Shown here: positions 39,497 to 54,479 of the stretch, in pieces
How the letters are laid out: every line of letters starts with the position of its first letter
How positions within the stretch are numbered: position 1 is the stretch's first letter
Source: Octopus bimaculoides
Taxonomy: Eukaryota
Assembly: GCF_001194135.2 (NCBI RefSeq)
Contig: NC_069005.1
Coordinates: forward strand, 22,388,656-22,452,655
Direction: 5' to 3'
Length of the DNA stretch: 64,000 nucleotides
Notes under the pieces: generated by a model
Databases searched by the model: none
What the model was told of the DNA's origin: nothing
Seen by the model: the letters and a program-made list of their open reading frames with translations, nothing else
Position numbers and translations under genes: made by a program

Positions 39497-42400
39497 NNNN
39501 NNNNNNNNNNNNNNNNNNNNNNNNNNNNNNNNNNNNNNNNNNNNNNNNNNNNNNNNNNNNNNNNNNNNNNNNNNNNNNNNNNNNNNNNNNNNNNNNNNNN
39601 NNNNNNNNNNNNNNNNNNNNNNNNNNNNNNNNNNNNNNNNNNNNNNNNNNNNNNNNNNNNNNNNNNNNNNNNNNNNNNNNNNNNNNNNNNNNNNNNNNNN
39701 NNNNNNNNNNNNNNNNNNNNNNNNNNNNNNNNNNNNNNNNNNNNNNNNNNNNNNNNNNNNNNNNNNNNNNNNNNNNNNNNNNNNNNNNNNNNNNNNNNNN
39801 NNNNNNNNNNNNNNNNNNNNNNNNNNNNNNNNNNNNNNNNNNNNNNNNNNNNNNNNNNNNNNNNNNNNNNNNNNNNNNNNNNNNNNNNNNNNNNNNNNNN
39901 NNNNNNNNNNNNNNNNNNNNNNNNNNNNNNNNNNNNNNNNNNNNNNNNNNNNNNNNNNNNNNNNNNNNNNNNNNNNNNNNNNNNNNNNNNTATATATATA
40001 TATATATATATTACAAAAGCAATAAAATCACTCCTACTTCCAGGGTGATGGGGAAAAGGGTGGTAGTGGAGGAGGAGGTAAGTTAAGGTGGAATGATAAA
40101 AAAAAATGTGGTTAGGGTGGACACGATGGGTAACTGGGTGGTAGAAAAATAAACAAAACGAGAAAGAGATAGTGAGCGAGAGTGGCTGAGCATGAGTGAG
40201 AGGTTGAGCATGAGCGAGAGTGAGAGCGAGAGGTTGAATGAAGCAAGAGGACACTAGTTCACTCACTTTGACTTCCCTTTTTGCCCTTGCACTCTTTCTT
40301 ATACTGCTCCTTCAACTTGGATATAAGCTGCTGATCGACGGCCCAATCCTCCGTAGGTGACAGGTCTTTCTTCTCTATTGTAACAACAATACACACAGAC
40401 ATACAGACAGATAGACATACAGACAGACAGAAGTGGCATGTTAGAGATTAAAATAAGATATAAAGAAAACTTGCTGCACAGGTGTCACATGGGAGGAAGG
40501 GCTGGACACACAGGTACTGGGACCGGGGTCAGGTTTTCAAAGGAACCATATGGCAAGAAAAGAAAAGACTTGGAACTTATCGTGATTACATGTGTAAAGT
40601 CATATCCAGCACATTCGAGTTGAGTGTACTTAGATGTGAAAAGACCTTCCACTATGGAGATAGTCCTGAGAGAAAATTCTCCTTTAAGACATTTGAAAAC
40701 ACAAGATGGACATCACTGGAATGACATCATTGGATTGTTGGACACACGTTTCCGTGTTGCTTCACTCAAACATGTTGAATATGACTTTACACAAATATAT
40801 TTCCTTCAATGCTGCTCCATGCAACAATTTATATATATAAGCTGAGGCTTTAACTCAGTTGCCCCTCTGAGTTTTCTGTTATATCATATTCTTCAGCATA
40901 CAAAGTAATAGGAAAACTCAGATTAACAATGGAGGAAAGGCTCAGCAAACTGTTGCATATACAGAATAATATAACTGGACGGGATAGGAGAAGAATTGGA
41001 GTTGGTTATTGGCTGATGAATAAAAAAAATGGATCAGAATAACCAAAGAATAACAACATGGGGTGGAGCAGAGAGGGATGGGAGAAGGGCAAATAATACC
41101 AACTTTGTGCAGAATAATTATTTTGAAAACACATACCACTGGACAATCACACACACAAGAAAAAATAACACTCCTTTGCACACCCTTAACTAACACCTAG
41201 CCTAGCTAACACCTTGTTTAACTGATACCTGCCCTAACCAACACACATGTTCAAGCTAACATCTCTCCTAGCAAACATTTGTTCTAGTAAATTCCTTACC
41301 TTAGCTAACACTTGCCCTAGCCAACACTAGCTGCTACAACTAGTTAATATATACCTAACACTCCCCGAATTAATAAGATAATGAATGAGCTTCTACATGG
41401 TTGTTTGACCTACTACAAATACCAGTCAAATTTCTTTCAAACCTCACCATTACCTTTATCAGAAAGGAAGAGTTCATCCCCTCAGACTGACCAATACTTT
41501 GTGAGTAGAATTTTAGAGACAGAAGCATGTTGTGTATATATATGTTCATGGTGAAGGCATGTAGGCTAGTGGTTAGAGTTTCAGGCTCTCAATCATAAGG
41601 TCGTGGGCACTTTTTCTCAATTATATCTTTGAGCAGGACATTTTATTTCATGCTGCTCCTAATCTACTCAGCTGAATCCTGATGCATCCTCTCCCTCCAA
41701 CCAGCCATGAAATACTCAAAGTTCCACTGGTTCAAAAGTAGGAGGACAAAGAAGACAACTATGTCTCACCTTGAATACATAGACACCAGTAATACTAGTA
41801 AAAGCAATGCTACAAGCTACCACACTTACTTTGAGTGACTGATGTATGATTTTCTTCCTTTTTTTTTTTGTTTGTTATTGCAAAGAGATTTTGTTCTTGT
41901 CTTTTCATTGGTTAAGGTAAAGGAGATAAACACAGGAAATAAACAGGTGCTCTCCAAACAAAGTTCACCCTGTTACAGATGTTCCTTTGTTGCCATCACC
42001 CCTAACCCCCACCCCCATTACAAATGCAGTTAGCTAGTGATTGATCCATTTGAAACCTACACCTATTGACACTGTTGCTCCAAATTGTGATAGACAATTC
42101 AAGTTTTAAAAAAAGTAACTTTTCCATGAAAACATGCCTTAGTAAGAACACAGTGGAGGGGTGGTTTGTTTGTTTGTTTGTTGGCTAGAGGATCACATAA
42201 TTATTTCACATCATTTTACTCAAGTTTGCAATTGGGAGGGTAGGTTGGATTACCTGTGAAGTAAATTGTTTTCATAGCTGGCTGGATGCCTTATCCTAAC
42301 ACTAACAACATGTCTAAGATAAAGTAGAACATTTGTCTCTGGCCCTTCTCCAGATAAACTGGAGTAAACAGTGCTGGTGTCATGCTCAGAGGAGGTAGAA

Positions 42401-42610
42401 CTCAATGACAACAGTAAGATTTGATCTAGTAATCAAGTGGTCAGGTCAATAACCCTGAACCATACCTCACAACCGTTGAACATTAGAAGGGGTTTAAGTT
42501 AGTGAAACTGGTTGACTGTACGATTTTTATTTCAATGTCTCTAAATGAATCTGGTACTTGCACCAAATTTTGCGGCCAAAACTCTTTCATGGGAAGAAGG
42601 GAGGCATTTA

Positions 42611-42676
<66 letters not shown>

Positions 42677-45600
42677 CGTGCATTTGTGTGTTTGAAAGTG
42701 CACCTGTAGGTGTAAATCTGCATGTGTATATATGTGCTGCAGTAGTTCAGTGAACATCTGTTAATGAATGTCTGTAGTGTGAATTTCTATATTAACTGGT
42801 ATTATAGATGATTCTGTCACACCTACATGTTATAGAAGGTTCTATCACCAGCCACATGTTATAATAAGTGCTATTATAACAATATATCCTAGTACATTCT
42901 ATTACTTTTACATAGAATATTAGAATCTATCACAACTACATGATCTACAAAATACCTGCTCCACTCCAGTAACACCATCTCCTTCATATCACACCTCCCT
43001 ACTAATTATTTCTTTCACTGCTATTAACCCTTTAGTCTTAAATGATCAACTGACTGTCAAAGCCAGGACATTAAACGAAGCTGCATATTCATGTAGTAAA
43101 AAAAATGGGGTAAAGACTCCCTTCAGTCAAGAATGACCATGGGATTGCACCTAGAAAGTTACCCTCCAATGCACAAGTCTGGGTAAGGTTGTTTATACGG
43201 AAGACCAGCAGTCACCCTCACAAACAAGCCTTCCCTCTCCATGCCACCGATACTTTCCAAGGGAAAGGCGAAGGCCAATAGAGTTTGGCACCAGTGACAT
43301 TGCAACTCATTTCTATAGCTGAGTGAACTAGAGCAACATGAAATAAGGTGTCTTGCTCAAGAACATAACACACAGCCCAGTCATTATGTAAATTCATATG
43401 ATATCAACTGCATTAAAGTTTCAGTGAAGCAAGTGGCCATAACTTAACCTGTATGATATGGTTATGTTGAACCTGAATGTGATATCACACCATTTAAGAA
43501 TAACAACAACCCCATTGTCATTTGTCAAAAAGAACCTCTATTTGGTCATTTGAATGATTAGAAATGGCCAAATTCTTTACAGTATTTTAAAAAAAGACAC
43601 ATTGAAGAATGTAGCCCTGGATACATAGAAGAAAAAAAAAGATGCAATTGTCAGAGCTGGAACATCTTTGATCATAAGGTCAGTTGTTCTGACCAATGAG
43701 GTCAGAGGTAATTTCCAGTATTTAACTTGGTCATGAAAAGAGGTAGGTTATTTCTGTACAACATTATTGATTAGGAAACTGTATTATATATGTGTATATC
43801 TTTTCAAAGCTAAAATGATTGCAGTGACCCAGCATGGCTGTAGTCCAACAACTTAAGTCAACAAAAAGATGACTCATCAAAAATGGGGGGAGTTATTTAG
43901 TACAGATATTTTAGGAGAGGCTCTTTTTACACCCTTTTCTCCATGACAGCACAACTGGAATAATTTTGCTTGGAGCAATTGCTATTTTTTTTAGTTGAAT
44001 AGTCTTACTCCTATTAACCACTCAACCATGAAAGTAGCAGTAGGAGCACATCAAGATAGTAAACTGAGATAACTACAGCTATGTGATTTGTCCATGAATA
44101 CAACTAGAGTAACAAGAGTAATATCTACAATCCAAAATTAATTGTAGTTGTCTATATTGGCACTGATAAGATTTGAACTCAGAACTGTATGGTTATGGTA
44201 GTAGAGCACCTAAATCTCACAGCCAGTGATCTATTCCATATACAATCAGAATTTGAAGTAAAAAAATGCCTTTCATATTTAAGGTATAACTAGTGATAAC
44301 TAGAGTTCTCAGTTGAGCCATGGCCATCAGGACTATATTGGTCAATGTTTTTTCTAAGAAAGTCGAATGCAATGAGGGAAAGTGGATTTCTATTTCTGGC
44401 AACTCAACAGACTATATAGAGGCTCCCTCACAGCCTCAATCATTTTCAGTGTTCCTAATGCTAAAACAATGAAAGTAATCTACACAAGGGTAAAGTACAG
44501 TGAGACATTTGTGGTTGCCTAAAGCTTAAAATGTAAACATTCGTTGATATTGAAGTAGATTAACAAATTTACTGTTTTCAAAATTTGATGGTAAAGGACT
44601 GAAAATAAGAAAAAAATGCTGAATGGTTTGGGAATGTTTTTCTTTTTTTATTTGGTGGGAGAATGAAATGAAAAAATACAATTTTTTTGAAATTTATGTT
44701 CTAACTAATAGTCAATTTAATATTCAATGAAACTGGTAGCAGTGAATGGCAAAATTGATAGAACATCAGACAAACTATCCTTGTGTTATATTTCATTACA
44801 TCCATTCAAATTCTATGTTCAAATCCTAACAGAAACAGAACTGCATTTTATCCATTTGAGAGTTAGCTAACTCAGAGAGGTTGATGTAGATGACTAGACT
44901 CAGCCTCCTACCCTTCAAAATTTGTGCTAATATGGCAAAACATCACTACTATTACTCCTGTTAGCAGTGAATTGGCAGAATCTTTAGTGTCAGAATTCCT
45001 TGTGATATTCATTTCAGCTCTCTATGCCCTGAGTTCAAATCCTATCAAGGTCAACATTACCTTCCATCATTTCAGGGTCAATAAATAAAATACCAGTCCA
45101 GAGCATTGAATTTGTGAAATTGTTAGACAGTCACATAAGAAGTCTTGTAGTATCTATTGCAGCTCTTTGTATTCTGACAACAATACCTCATCAATACTGA
45201 TATAGCAAGCTTCATAGACTCTTGTCTTTTTCTTAGACAACATCGGTAGCATGGTGAGAGGAAACTTGCTACATAAGGAAACTGCTCGTCTTTCCACCCC
45301 AAAAGAAACATTTGCCAAGACCTGTACCTTTAAGAGGAACTTTCCAGGTGCAGCTCGAAAGATGCAGAAGTTATATCAATTTACATGTATCACATTTCTG
45401 GCAGTAATGTCTCAATTTTTTTTTATTTCCTTGTCTTTCTATCATTGTTTCTGGTGTAGCAACTTCTTAGTCAAAGACAAGCTCTAGAAGGATATACTAT
45501 CAATAAATCAGTACCAATATACAACAAATATATTACTGGCCCTTGGAAACATGAAAGGCTCAGTTTACTCCACAATGATGTGAACTCATAATGGAGAAAA

Positions 45601-46156
45601 GAAAACTCCACAAAAAGACACAAATTTCAGGAGGTGAAAGTCTTGACATGTACTCTGTTTTATTGATTTTGTAATGATGAAAGGCAAAATTGACCTCAAG
45701 GAGACTTGACCCTGCGAACATAAAGCAATACAACTAAATACTTCAAGACTAAATTCACTACTTTACACAGTAACAGTTTCTAACAGGGGCACAAGGTTTA
45801 TGTTAAAGAAGGCATTGGGAGAGACCAAGTACTGACCCCAGTATGTGTAATTTATTTCACCAACTCCCAGAAAGACGGAAAGCTGTGTTGACCTTGGTGA
45901 GTTTTAACCTTCTCAGACCTTAGCAGATTTTCAACCCAGAATGTAAAGATGGACAAAACATTGATAAGATTTTGCCTTGTGTGCTATTGACTCAACCAGC
46001 TCGCCAATAATAATAATAATAATAATCCTTTCTATTATAGGCAAAACACCTGAAATTTTGGGGGAGGGGGCTAGTCAATTACATTGACCCCTCAGTGTTT
46101 CACTGATACTTAATTTATCGACCCCCGAAAGGATGAAAGGCAAAGTCAAGCTCAGC

Positions 46157-46206
<50 letters not shown>

Positions 46207-46886
46207 CCTTTTTACTATAGGTACAAGGCCTGGAATCTTGGGGGAGGGGACTAGCTGATGACCTCAATCCCAGTACTTCACTGGTACCTATTTTATCAAC
46301 CCTGAAAGAATGAAAAGCAAAGCTGATCTCAGCAGAATTTAAACACAGAATGTAAAGGCAGAAAAAATGCTGCCAAGCATTTTGTCCAGTGTGCTCACAG
46401 TTTTGCCAGCTTGCCACCTTAATAATAATAATCCTTTTGAACTTTGACACAAGGCCAGCAGTTGTGAAGGGAGGGGGCAAGTTGATTACACTGACTCCAG
46501 TACTTTACTGGTACTTTATTTTATTGATCCTAAAAGGATGAAAGGTAAGGTTAACCTCAGCAGGATTTGAACTCAGAATAGCAGGAAGATTGTCTGGTGC
46601 CTTCAGTGTTCCTATCTTTCCACTGCCAATAATGATGATGATGATGATGATAATAATAATAAAAATAATAGATTCTCATACAGGCACAAGACCAGCAATT
46701 TTGTGAAGAGGAGTTAGTTGATCAAATCAACCTCATTAATTGGTTTCAGTGGGATTTGAACTCAGAACATAAAGAGCCAGAAGAAATATTACAAGGCATT
46801 ATCATTTTCTGATGCTTTAACAATTTTGCCGTGTCAGCCTAATCTTGTCTGATGACAAACATCAGTGAATGTAAGAGTGAGAGAGG

Positions 46887-46930
<44 letters not shown>

Positions 46931-47055
46931 AAGTGAGTGAGTGAATGAACATGGTCAATGGGTGAGTGCAGAGGACAAGCATGTGAAAGGGTGCAAGTGT
47001 TCAAGTGAGACTAGTGTGGCTAGATAAGGGGCACTTCATGCAAGTGGAACTATGC

Positions 47056-47089
<34 letters not shown>

Positions 47090-47573
47090 GTTCACGGGAA
47101 GTGCACAGGATGAGGAATATCACCAAGTGAAAACTCTGAGTCTAGTAATATCTATTCTCTTGCCCTCACCTCTACTTTTTACTTTCGAGATAAAAGAGGC
47201 TTAAGTTGATCCCCACCAACGAGACAATTTTGAACAGAAAACTGAGAAACACAAGGTATGAAACAAAACAGTCTTGTAGATTTAGTCCAGCATTGTGTTA
47301 TATATGCTAGTTACCACCACTGGCCTCAGAAGCACAGCCAACATCTACTGTGTTATCTACTTGTCACTGTCCTCTGAGGAATGGTAGTAGACTGTCTATT
47401 GAGCTAGCATTCGTGTTTTTTTTTTTTCCTTCATTCCTTTCTGTCAAAGAGCTTTGGTTCAAAACATCAAAGGCTTTTCCATTTTTCCAGAGCGTCAAAC
47501 TAATGCACCTTGTTTGTTTTTCCCTAACTTATCTCCGACTTCTGTTTTTGTACATTTGAACTATATCTATCTA

Positions 47574-47608
<35 letters not shown>

Positions 47609-50600
47609 NNNNNNNNNNNNNNNNNNNNNNNNNNNNNNNNNNNNNNNNNNNNNNNNNNNNNNNNNNNNNNNNNNNNNNNNNNNNNNNNNNNNNNNNNNNN
47701 NNNNNNNNNNNNNNNNNNNNNNNNNNNNNNNNNNNNNNNNNNNNNNNNNNNNNNNNNNNNNNNNNNNNNNNNNNNNNNNNNNNNNNNNNNNNNNNNNNNN
47801 NNNNNNNNNNNNNNNNNNNNNNNNNNNNNNNNNNNNNNNNNNNNNNNNNNNNNNNNNNNNNNNNNNNNNNNNNNNNNNNNNNNNNNNNNNNNNNNNNNNN
47901 NNNNNNNNNNNNNNNNNNNNNNNNNNNNNNNNNNNNNNNNNNNNNNNNNNNNNNNNNNNNNNNNNNNNNNNNNNNNNNNNNNNNNNNNNNNNNNNNNNNN
48001 NNNNNNNNNNNNNNNNNNNNNNNNNNNNNNNNNNNNNNNNNNNNNNNNNNNNNNNNNNNNNNNNNNNNNNNNNTATATATTTATAGTAATTTAATACAGT
48101 CTTCAATTGTACATCAATTTGGATAGTTGGAAACTGTACCAAATGGACTGTATATGTAATTCAAATGTATTCCAGCCTTTTCACATTACCATGCTGGTTG
48201 TACTTGGAAATTATGTTAAAGGTACACATGTCAGTGGAATACTCAACCACTTTACACACTAATTCAATGAGTATGTTGCCCAGATGACTGAACAACTGGA
48301 CACTCATACATCAAAATTAACAGGAGAGTCCATCCTCATTATAATCAGTGTGTGTGTGTGTGTGTGTGTAGTAAGGTCTATAGTAGGAAATGGAACAATG
48401 AAGACTAAGTGTAGATCAAGTGTAACATTGTCAGTTATATAACACAGGTATTACACAGTCTCATAATTGCAAAGACACCTTCAACAATACTGAGTTTGAG
48501 CACATAACTAGCAGCTGGGCATTTACCTTAAAACCTAACATGATATTGTATAAAAGACTCTCTTTGTCTAAAGGCTGTTACATAATGCATAGCAGAACTA
48601 GATTAACATCTATGCTGAGAAAATCAACAGGTCACTTTAACCTAAGGTCTATTACACTAATACTAAAGTCTGTTAGTTGATGGCCAACAAAAGGCTCAGT
48701 TATAATGTATATTACAGGATCATTAGAACAACTGAAAGACTAGTATGTCTTAAGTTGGTCAAGGACCCAGTTTGAAGCACTAGTCTCTACTTACAACACA
48801 CTAAAATACACTATTAGGATTCCTGTCAATAAAGACCATCACTAATTTATCAGCTCAAGTGACTATTCACTTAAATAAAGGCTCAAGGATGTCTGGTCAT
48901 TATTAAACTAGGATTTGGTGAGTCAGTCTTCTGTGATTTGGTAAATCAGTCTTCTGTGATTTGGTAAATCAGTCACACACATTACTTTTTACTTTTACAT
49001 GACTTAGAGGGAAAAAGTTAGTTACCATGATCTTTTGCATGACCTCTGAGACTGGTGATGGTAGGAAAGAAGAAGCTTGGGATTTCAAAGTTTTCCTGAG
49101 ACTAAAGACCTAATGTGAATGTTTACAACAGAGTGATGGATCCTGCTAAAGGACCCAAATAAATTCATGCAGTTTCAGTCTTGCCAGTTTCACCCCACAA
49201 GGTTTTGGTTGATCTGAGGTTATGGTGGAGGACAGTTATACAAGATGCCATGCAGTGGCGTTAAATTAGGAAGTTCTGTGATTGTGAAGAGAAACTCTTA
49301 GACGCACACTGCCAGTTACATCCATTACTAATGCATGTTATGGGTCACTGAAAAAAACTAATCAGCCTACGACCCTGTCTAGTTACCTACAAACCTAGCT
49401 CAATCTAAGCTTTGCCACACTCTCAACACAGTTTTGAGCAAACAGAAAGAACAAGAAAGACAAAGAGAAGAAAACAGATTTTTGCCATGGGAAGAACTCA
49501 AATCATCAAAAACAGAAAGTGGGGGAGAAAAAAAAAAGAGTCAAGCTTTAAGACATTCCAGACAAATAAAGAAAATAATCAAGCATAATAAAATTGGCAA
49601 ATAAGAAAAAGGGGGGAAAAAAATAAACAAACAAGAAATATTTAAAATAAAACAACTAGAACATAAAACACATTTAGAGGCAACATAGCATCAAAACAAA
49701 GTATCAAATCAACAAAAAGGTGCATGGCAACAATAAAAAATAAAATTAATTGTAATTAATAAATCAATAAATAAACAATTATTTTTCCTTCTTTTCATTT
49801 TCTGTCATCGTGGTCAGAATTGAAAATAAAAAATTATTTTTATCATTTTGTTTTTCTTCTGCTTAAAGAATATTTGCAAGTAAAGGCACAGATATTTAAG
49901 CATCACAACTGTAAAGGAAACTTGATCAAAGCATTGGTATAATTAAAGAACAAGCAAACCATTTATACCTTCAACTGTTTCTCAATAACAAAAAGAATCT
50001 ACCAACAGCCTGCCCTACCACTTAAGTTAAAACTATGAAGTCTGGGTATATATATATATATATATACATATATACATATATACATACATACATATATATA
50101 TATATACATATACTCTTTTACTTGTTTCAGTCTTTTGACTGTGGCCATGCTGGAGCACTATATACACATATATATATATACACATATATATATATATACA
50201 CACATATATATATACATNNNNNNNNNNNNNNNNNNNNNNNNNNNNNNNNNNNNNNNNNNNNNNNNNNNNNNNNNNNNNNNNNNNNNNNNNNNNNNNNNNN
50301 NNNNNNNNNNNNNNNNNNNNNNNNNNNNNNNNNNNNNNNNNNNNNNNNNNNNNNNNNNNNNNNNNNNNNNNNNNNNNNNNNNNNNNNNNNNNNNNNNNNN
50401 NNNNNNNNNNNNNNNNNNNNNNNNNNNNNNNNNNNNNNNNNNNNNNNNNNNNNNNNNNNNNNNNNNNNNNNNNNNNNNNNNNNNNNNNNNNNNNNNNNNN
50501 NNNNNNNNNNNNNNNNNNNNNNNNNNNNNNNNNNNNNNNNNNNNNNNNNNNNNNNNNNNNNNNNNNNNNNNNNNNNNNNNNNNNNNNNNNNNNNNNNNNN

Positions 50601-50717
50601 NNNNNNNNNNNNNNNNNNNNNNNNNNNNNNNNNNNNNNNNNNNNNNNNNNNNNNNNNNNNNNNNNNNNNNNNNNNNNNNNNNNNNNNNNNNNNNNNNNNN
50701 NNNNNNNNNNNNNNNNN

Positions 50718-50774
<57 letters not shown>

Positions 50775-53700
50775 CACACATATAATACCATAGAAACACA
50801 AATTTGAGATGGACAAGAGTAGCAAACTTACAGGACTGTAACTACATTTCAGCCATTTGCCAAGTGACTCTGTTGCCAATTGCACTATAGCTCATCTGTA
50901 ACTCCATTTCTATTCTTCCATTTAAATTGTAAGATATTATCTCCAGAATATAATTTATCAACCGCTTAATATTAACAGGATAGGTTAGGCAACTAATGTC
51001 CAATACAACAGAGTGTCCCATTTTGGTTCAATGTGAGCAATAAGAAATAACCACAGAAATCAAATACTGAAACTTTAATACAAAAAAAAATAAAGAAAAG
51101 ACAACAGGCACAAAAGACTATTTTTGAGGCAAAATATAGGCTGGCTAATGAAATTTGAACCACAACTCTATAGCTTATCAGGTGACTGTATCAGTGATAA
51201 CATGACAGATACGTCTTGGGATACCAAACCATGAAGAAATCACTTCTTAAATACCGACTTCTATTACTTAAAGAGAAGTCTAATATATCTACAAATGAGT
51301 TTTCCAACAAGATGAGGATGCAAGGAAAACTGTTAACCTTTAGGTCCTCTGCACCAAGTGCGATAAGAGATCTACAATAACAAATATCCAGAATGTGATA
51401 AGATTAATCAGCCCCACTGATGGATATATCTGATTAGGTAAAAATGAACTATTTGGCTAATTATCACACTTGTATTAGATGAGAATGTTTCTGTGTCCTC
51501 ACACATTCTCCTACCACTATCTCTCCTATTGTAATGTTTTCAAACAAATAACATTTACCAATATATGCATGAAAATCTTCCATCTGAACTAATAATACAA
51601 GTTGTAAGAAGTAAAAAAAAAATAATTAATACTGCCATGAATACAAGAACCATGAACTCTAATTACAATCATAGAACAATTTAGCTACAACACTATAACA
51701 TCAGCAAAAACAACAACCTCTGACCTATGGACTAATTTTCAATAAATGTTTGTTGTTTTTTCAGTAGTTCTCAACTGTATGTGTAAAAAATATACACTGA
51801 TCGATTTTTGCACTGGTTTTTGATAAGTCTTTCAGTTGCTCCATTCACTGAATTGTTTAGGGGGTCTGTCATGAACCCTAAGACTCATAAGGTTTGAGCA
51901 TAACCCCATTTCCATGGCATATAAGTGATTCATATTACAACACTCGCTCCTGAATGGGAAGCTAGTCCATCGCAGGGTTAACTTCACAACTATTGCTCAA
52001 GCAATGTGAAATAAAGAACTTTGCTGAAGAATGCACTACACAGTCTGGGAACTAAACCCACAATCATATGATCATGAGTGCAAATACTCCGTCTATTAAG
52101 CCACATGCCTTCACAACTGAACAAAACAACTTACTCATTGTATTATTGTCTGAGTTTTATAATGACAGTTGTTCACTAAACCCTTAGACTATGTGACACA
52201 GTGTTTCACAAGGTTGACTCTATGAGTTACAGATACAGTTCATCTTGTATTATAATTTAAGTGAATGAATATTCAACAGGCTGTGGTATTCTCAATTTAA
52301 TCCTCAGACAAACTCAATGCAACAGTGCTTTGAATTCAAGTGACTATTCACTTAAATAAAGGCTCAAGAATGTCTGGTCATTATTAAACTAGGATTTGGT
52401 AAATCAGTCACACAGATTACATTTTTTCACCTGATTTAGAAGGAAAAGGTTAGATACCATGGCCTTTTGCATAACCTCTGAGACTAGGGATGGTGGGAAA
52501 GGTGCTCAAGATTTCAAAGTTTTCCTCTCTACTTTGAATTAACTGAGGCCATATCTGGCAGAAGACACTTGCTTAAGGTGTCATGTACTGAGAACAAACC
52601 CGAGATTTCAAGACTGCAAAGTGAACATTTTAACCATTCAGCTATGCCTGCACCCATGTAAATATACATATAGACAAAGATTAATAAACGAATTTCCTCA
52701 AGACACCCAAACATATACAAGCCTTGTTTATGTTTCTATTTCAAAACAAGTACATCATATAATTAGAGACTAATTTAATGAAAATAATGAAATAATTGAT
52801 TCTTATCGACAGAATTGTAAATCTTGAACAAGAACAAATACTAAAATAAAAAGTAAATATTTCATTACAGAAACATCACTAGAGTTAACAAAACAGTAAT
52901 TAAACAAATTATACAAAGAACTAAACAAAAGAAAAAAAAACAAAGATCATGTAGTTTACTGAAAGCATTGTCATGTCAGTACATGTAAATATATATATAT
53001 ATATATGTATATATCATAATAATAAATAGGAAGGTGAATGAAAACCACCACTTGACAATGTGGAGTTGGAGAAATACTTATTTATTCAGTATTTAAGCTT
53101 TAACAAGTTTTAATCTTAGACAGGAAAGCTCAAAACAGAAATCATGACATGTATAGAGACACAATAGGACTTATGATATATAGAAAGATGATAAACACTA
53201 AACTCATCACAAGACATAAAGATATTCCCTAACACTGTTAGGATATTTATAGACATAAACACTAACACTTATGACACGTTGAGAGATACACACACACACT
53301 ATTATTATAAGCTGTGCATCTCGGTACGTCATAAGCAGTATCAGTGTTTAATGCACTCATGCCAGTGCCATGCAATAGCAATGGTACTGGTGCCATGTGG
53401 AAAGCACCTTGTACACTGTAAAGTGGTTGGTGTTAGGACGGACGTCCAGCCGTAAGACCATGCCAAAACAGACAGTGAAGCCTGGGGCAGTCTTCTAGCC
53501 AGCCCCTGTCAAACCGCCCAACCCATGCCAGCATGGAAAACAGACATTAAATGATGATGGTGATAATGAGGAAGATGATGATGATGATGATGCCAAAACA
53601 ATGTTTGTATGTCTCTACATGTCATAAGAGTGTTGTTAGTGTATGTCTTTGTGCATGTCATAATAGTACTAGTGTTAATATCTGTATATGTCCTTACAAT

Positions 53701-54442
53701 GTCAGTGTGCTTCCACATGTCATAAAAGAGTCAGTGTACCTCCACTAATGTCATTACAGTGGAAGTGTTAACACGTGTATGTGTGTACCCGTATAAGTGT
53801 TAGNNNNNNNNNNNNNNNNNNNNNNNNNNNNNNNNNNNNNNNNNNNNNNNNNNNNNNNNNNNNNNNNNNNNNNNNNNNNNNNNNNNNNNNNNNNNNNNNN
53901 NNNNNNNNNNNNNNNNNNNNNNNNNNNNNNNNNNNNNNNNNNNNNNNNNNNNNNNNNNNNNNNNNNNNNNNNNNNNNNNNNNNNNNNNNNNNNNNNNNNN
54001 NNNNNNNNNNNNNNNNNNNNNNNNNNNNNNNNNNNNNNNNNNNNNNNNNNNNNNNNNNNNNNNNNNNNNNNNNNNNNNNNNNNNNNNNNNNNNNNNNNNN
54101 NNNNNNNNNNNNNNNNNNNNNNNNNNNNNNNNNNNNNNNNNNNNNNNNNNNNNNNNNNNNNNNNNNNNNNNNNNNNNNNNNNNNNNNNNNNNNNNNNNNN
54201 NNNNNNNNNNNNNNNNNNNNNNNNNNNNNNNNNNNNNNGAAGCATATTCTGTTCTGTCTGGGGAGAGTTATTTTCTTATTGTGCCTTAAAATTTAACACA
54301 CTCACTGTTAAAATTTCCACTTATTTCTTGTTTTTATTTTCCTAAAATTTTCGTTGCATCTTGCAACCTTTTCAATAGTCTTGACGGTGAGTGTGTTAAA
54401 TTTTAAGGCACAATAAGAAAATGACTCTCCCCAGACACAACA

Positions 54443-54479
<37 letters not shown>

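Noticed and set aside
40735-40772. Hammerhead-like TGAGTGA...GAAAC-GTGT-GTC on the minus strand
   Set aside because: The core spacing is wrong, helices I and II do not pair, and it overlaps a MITE arm.
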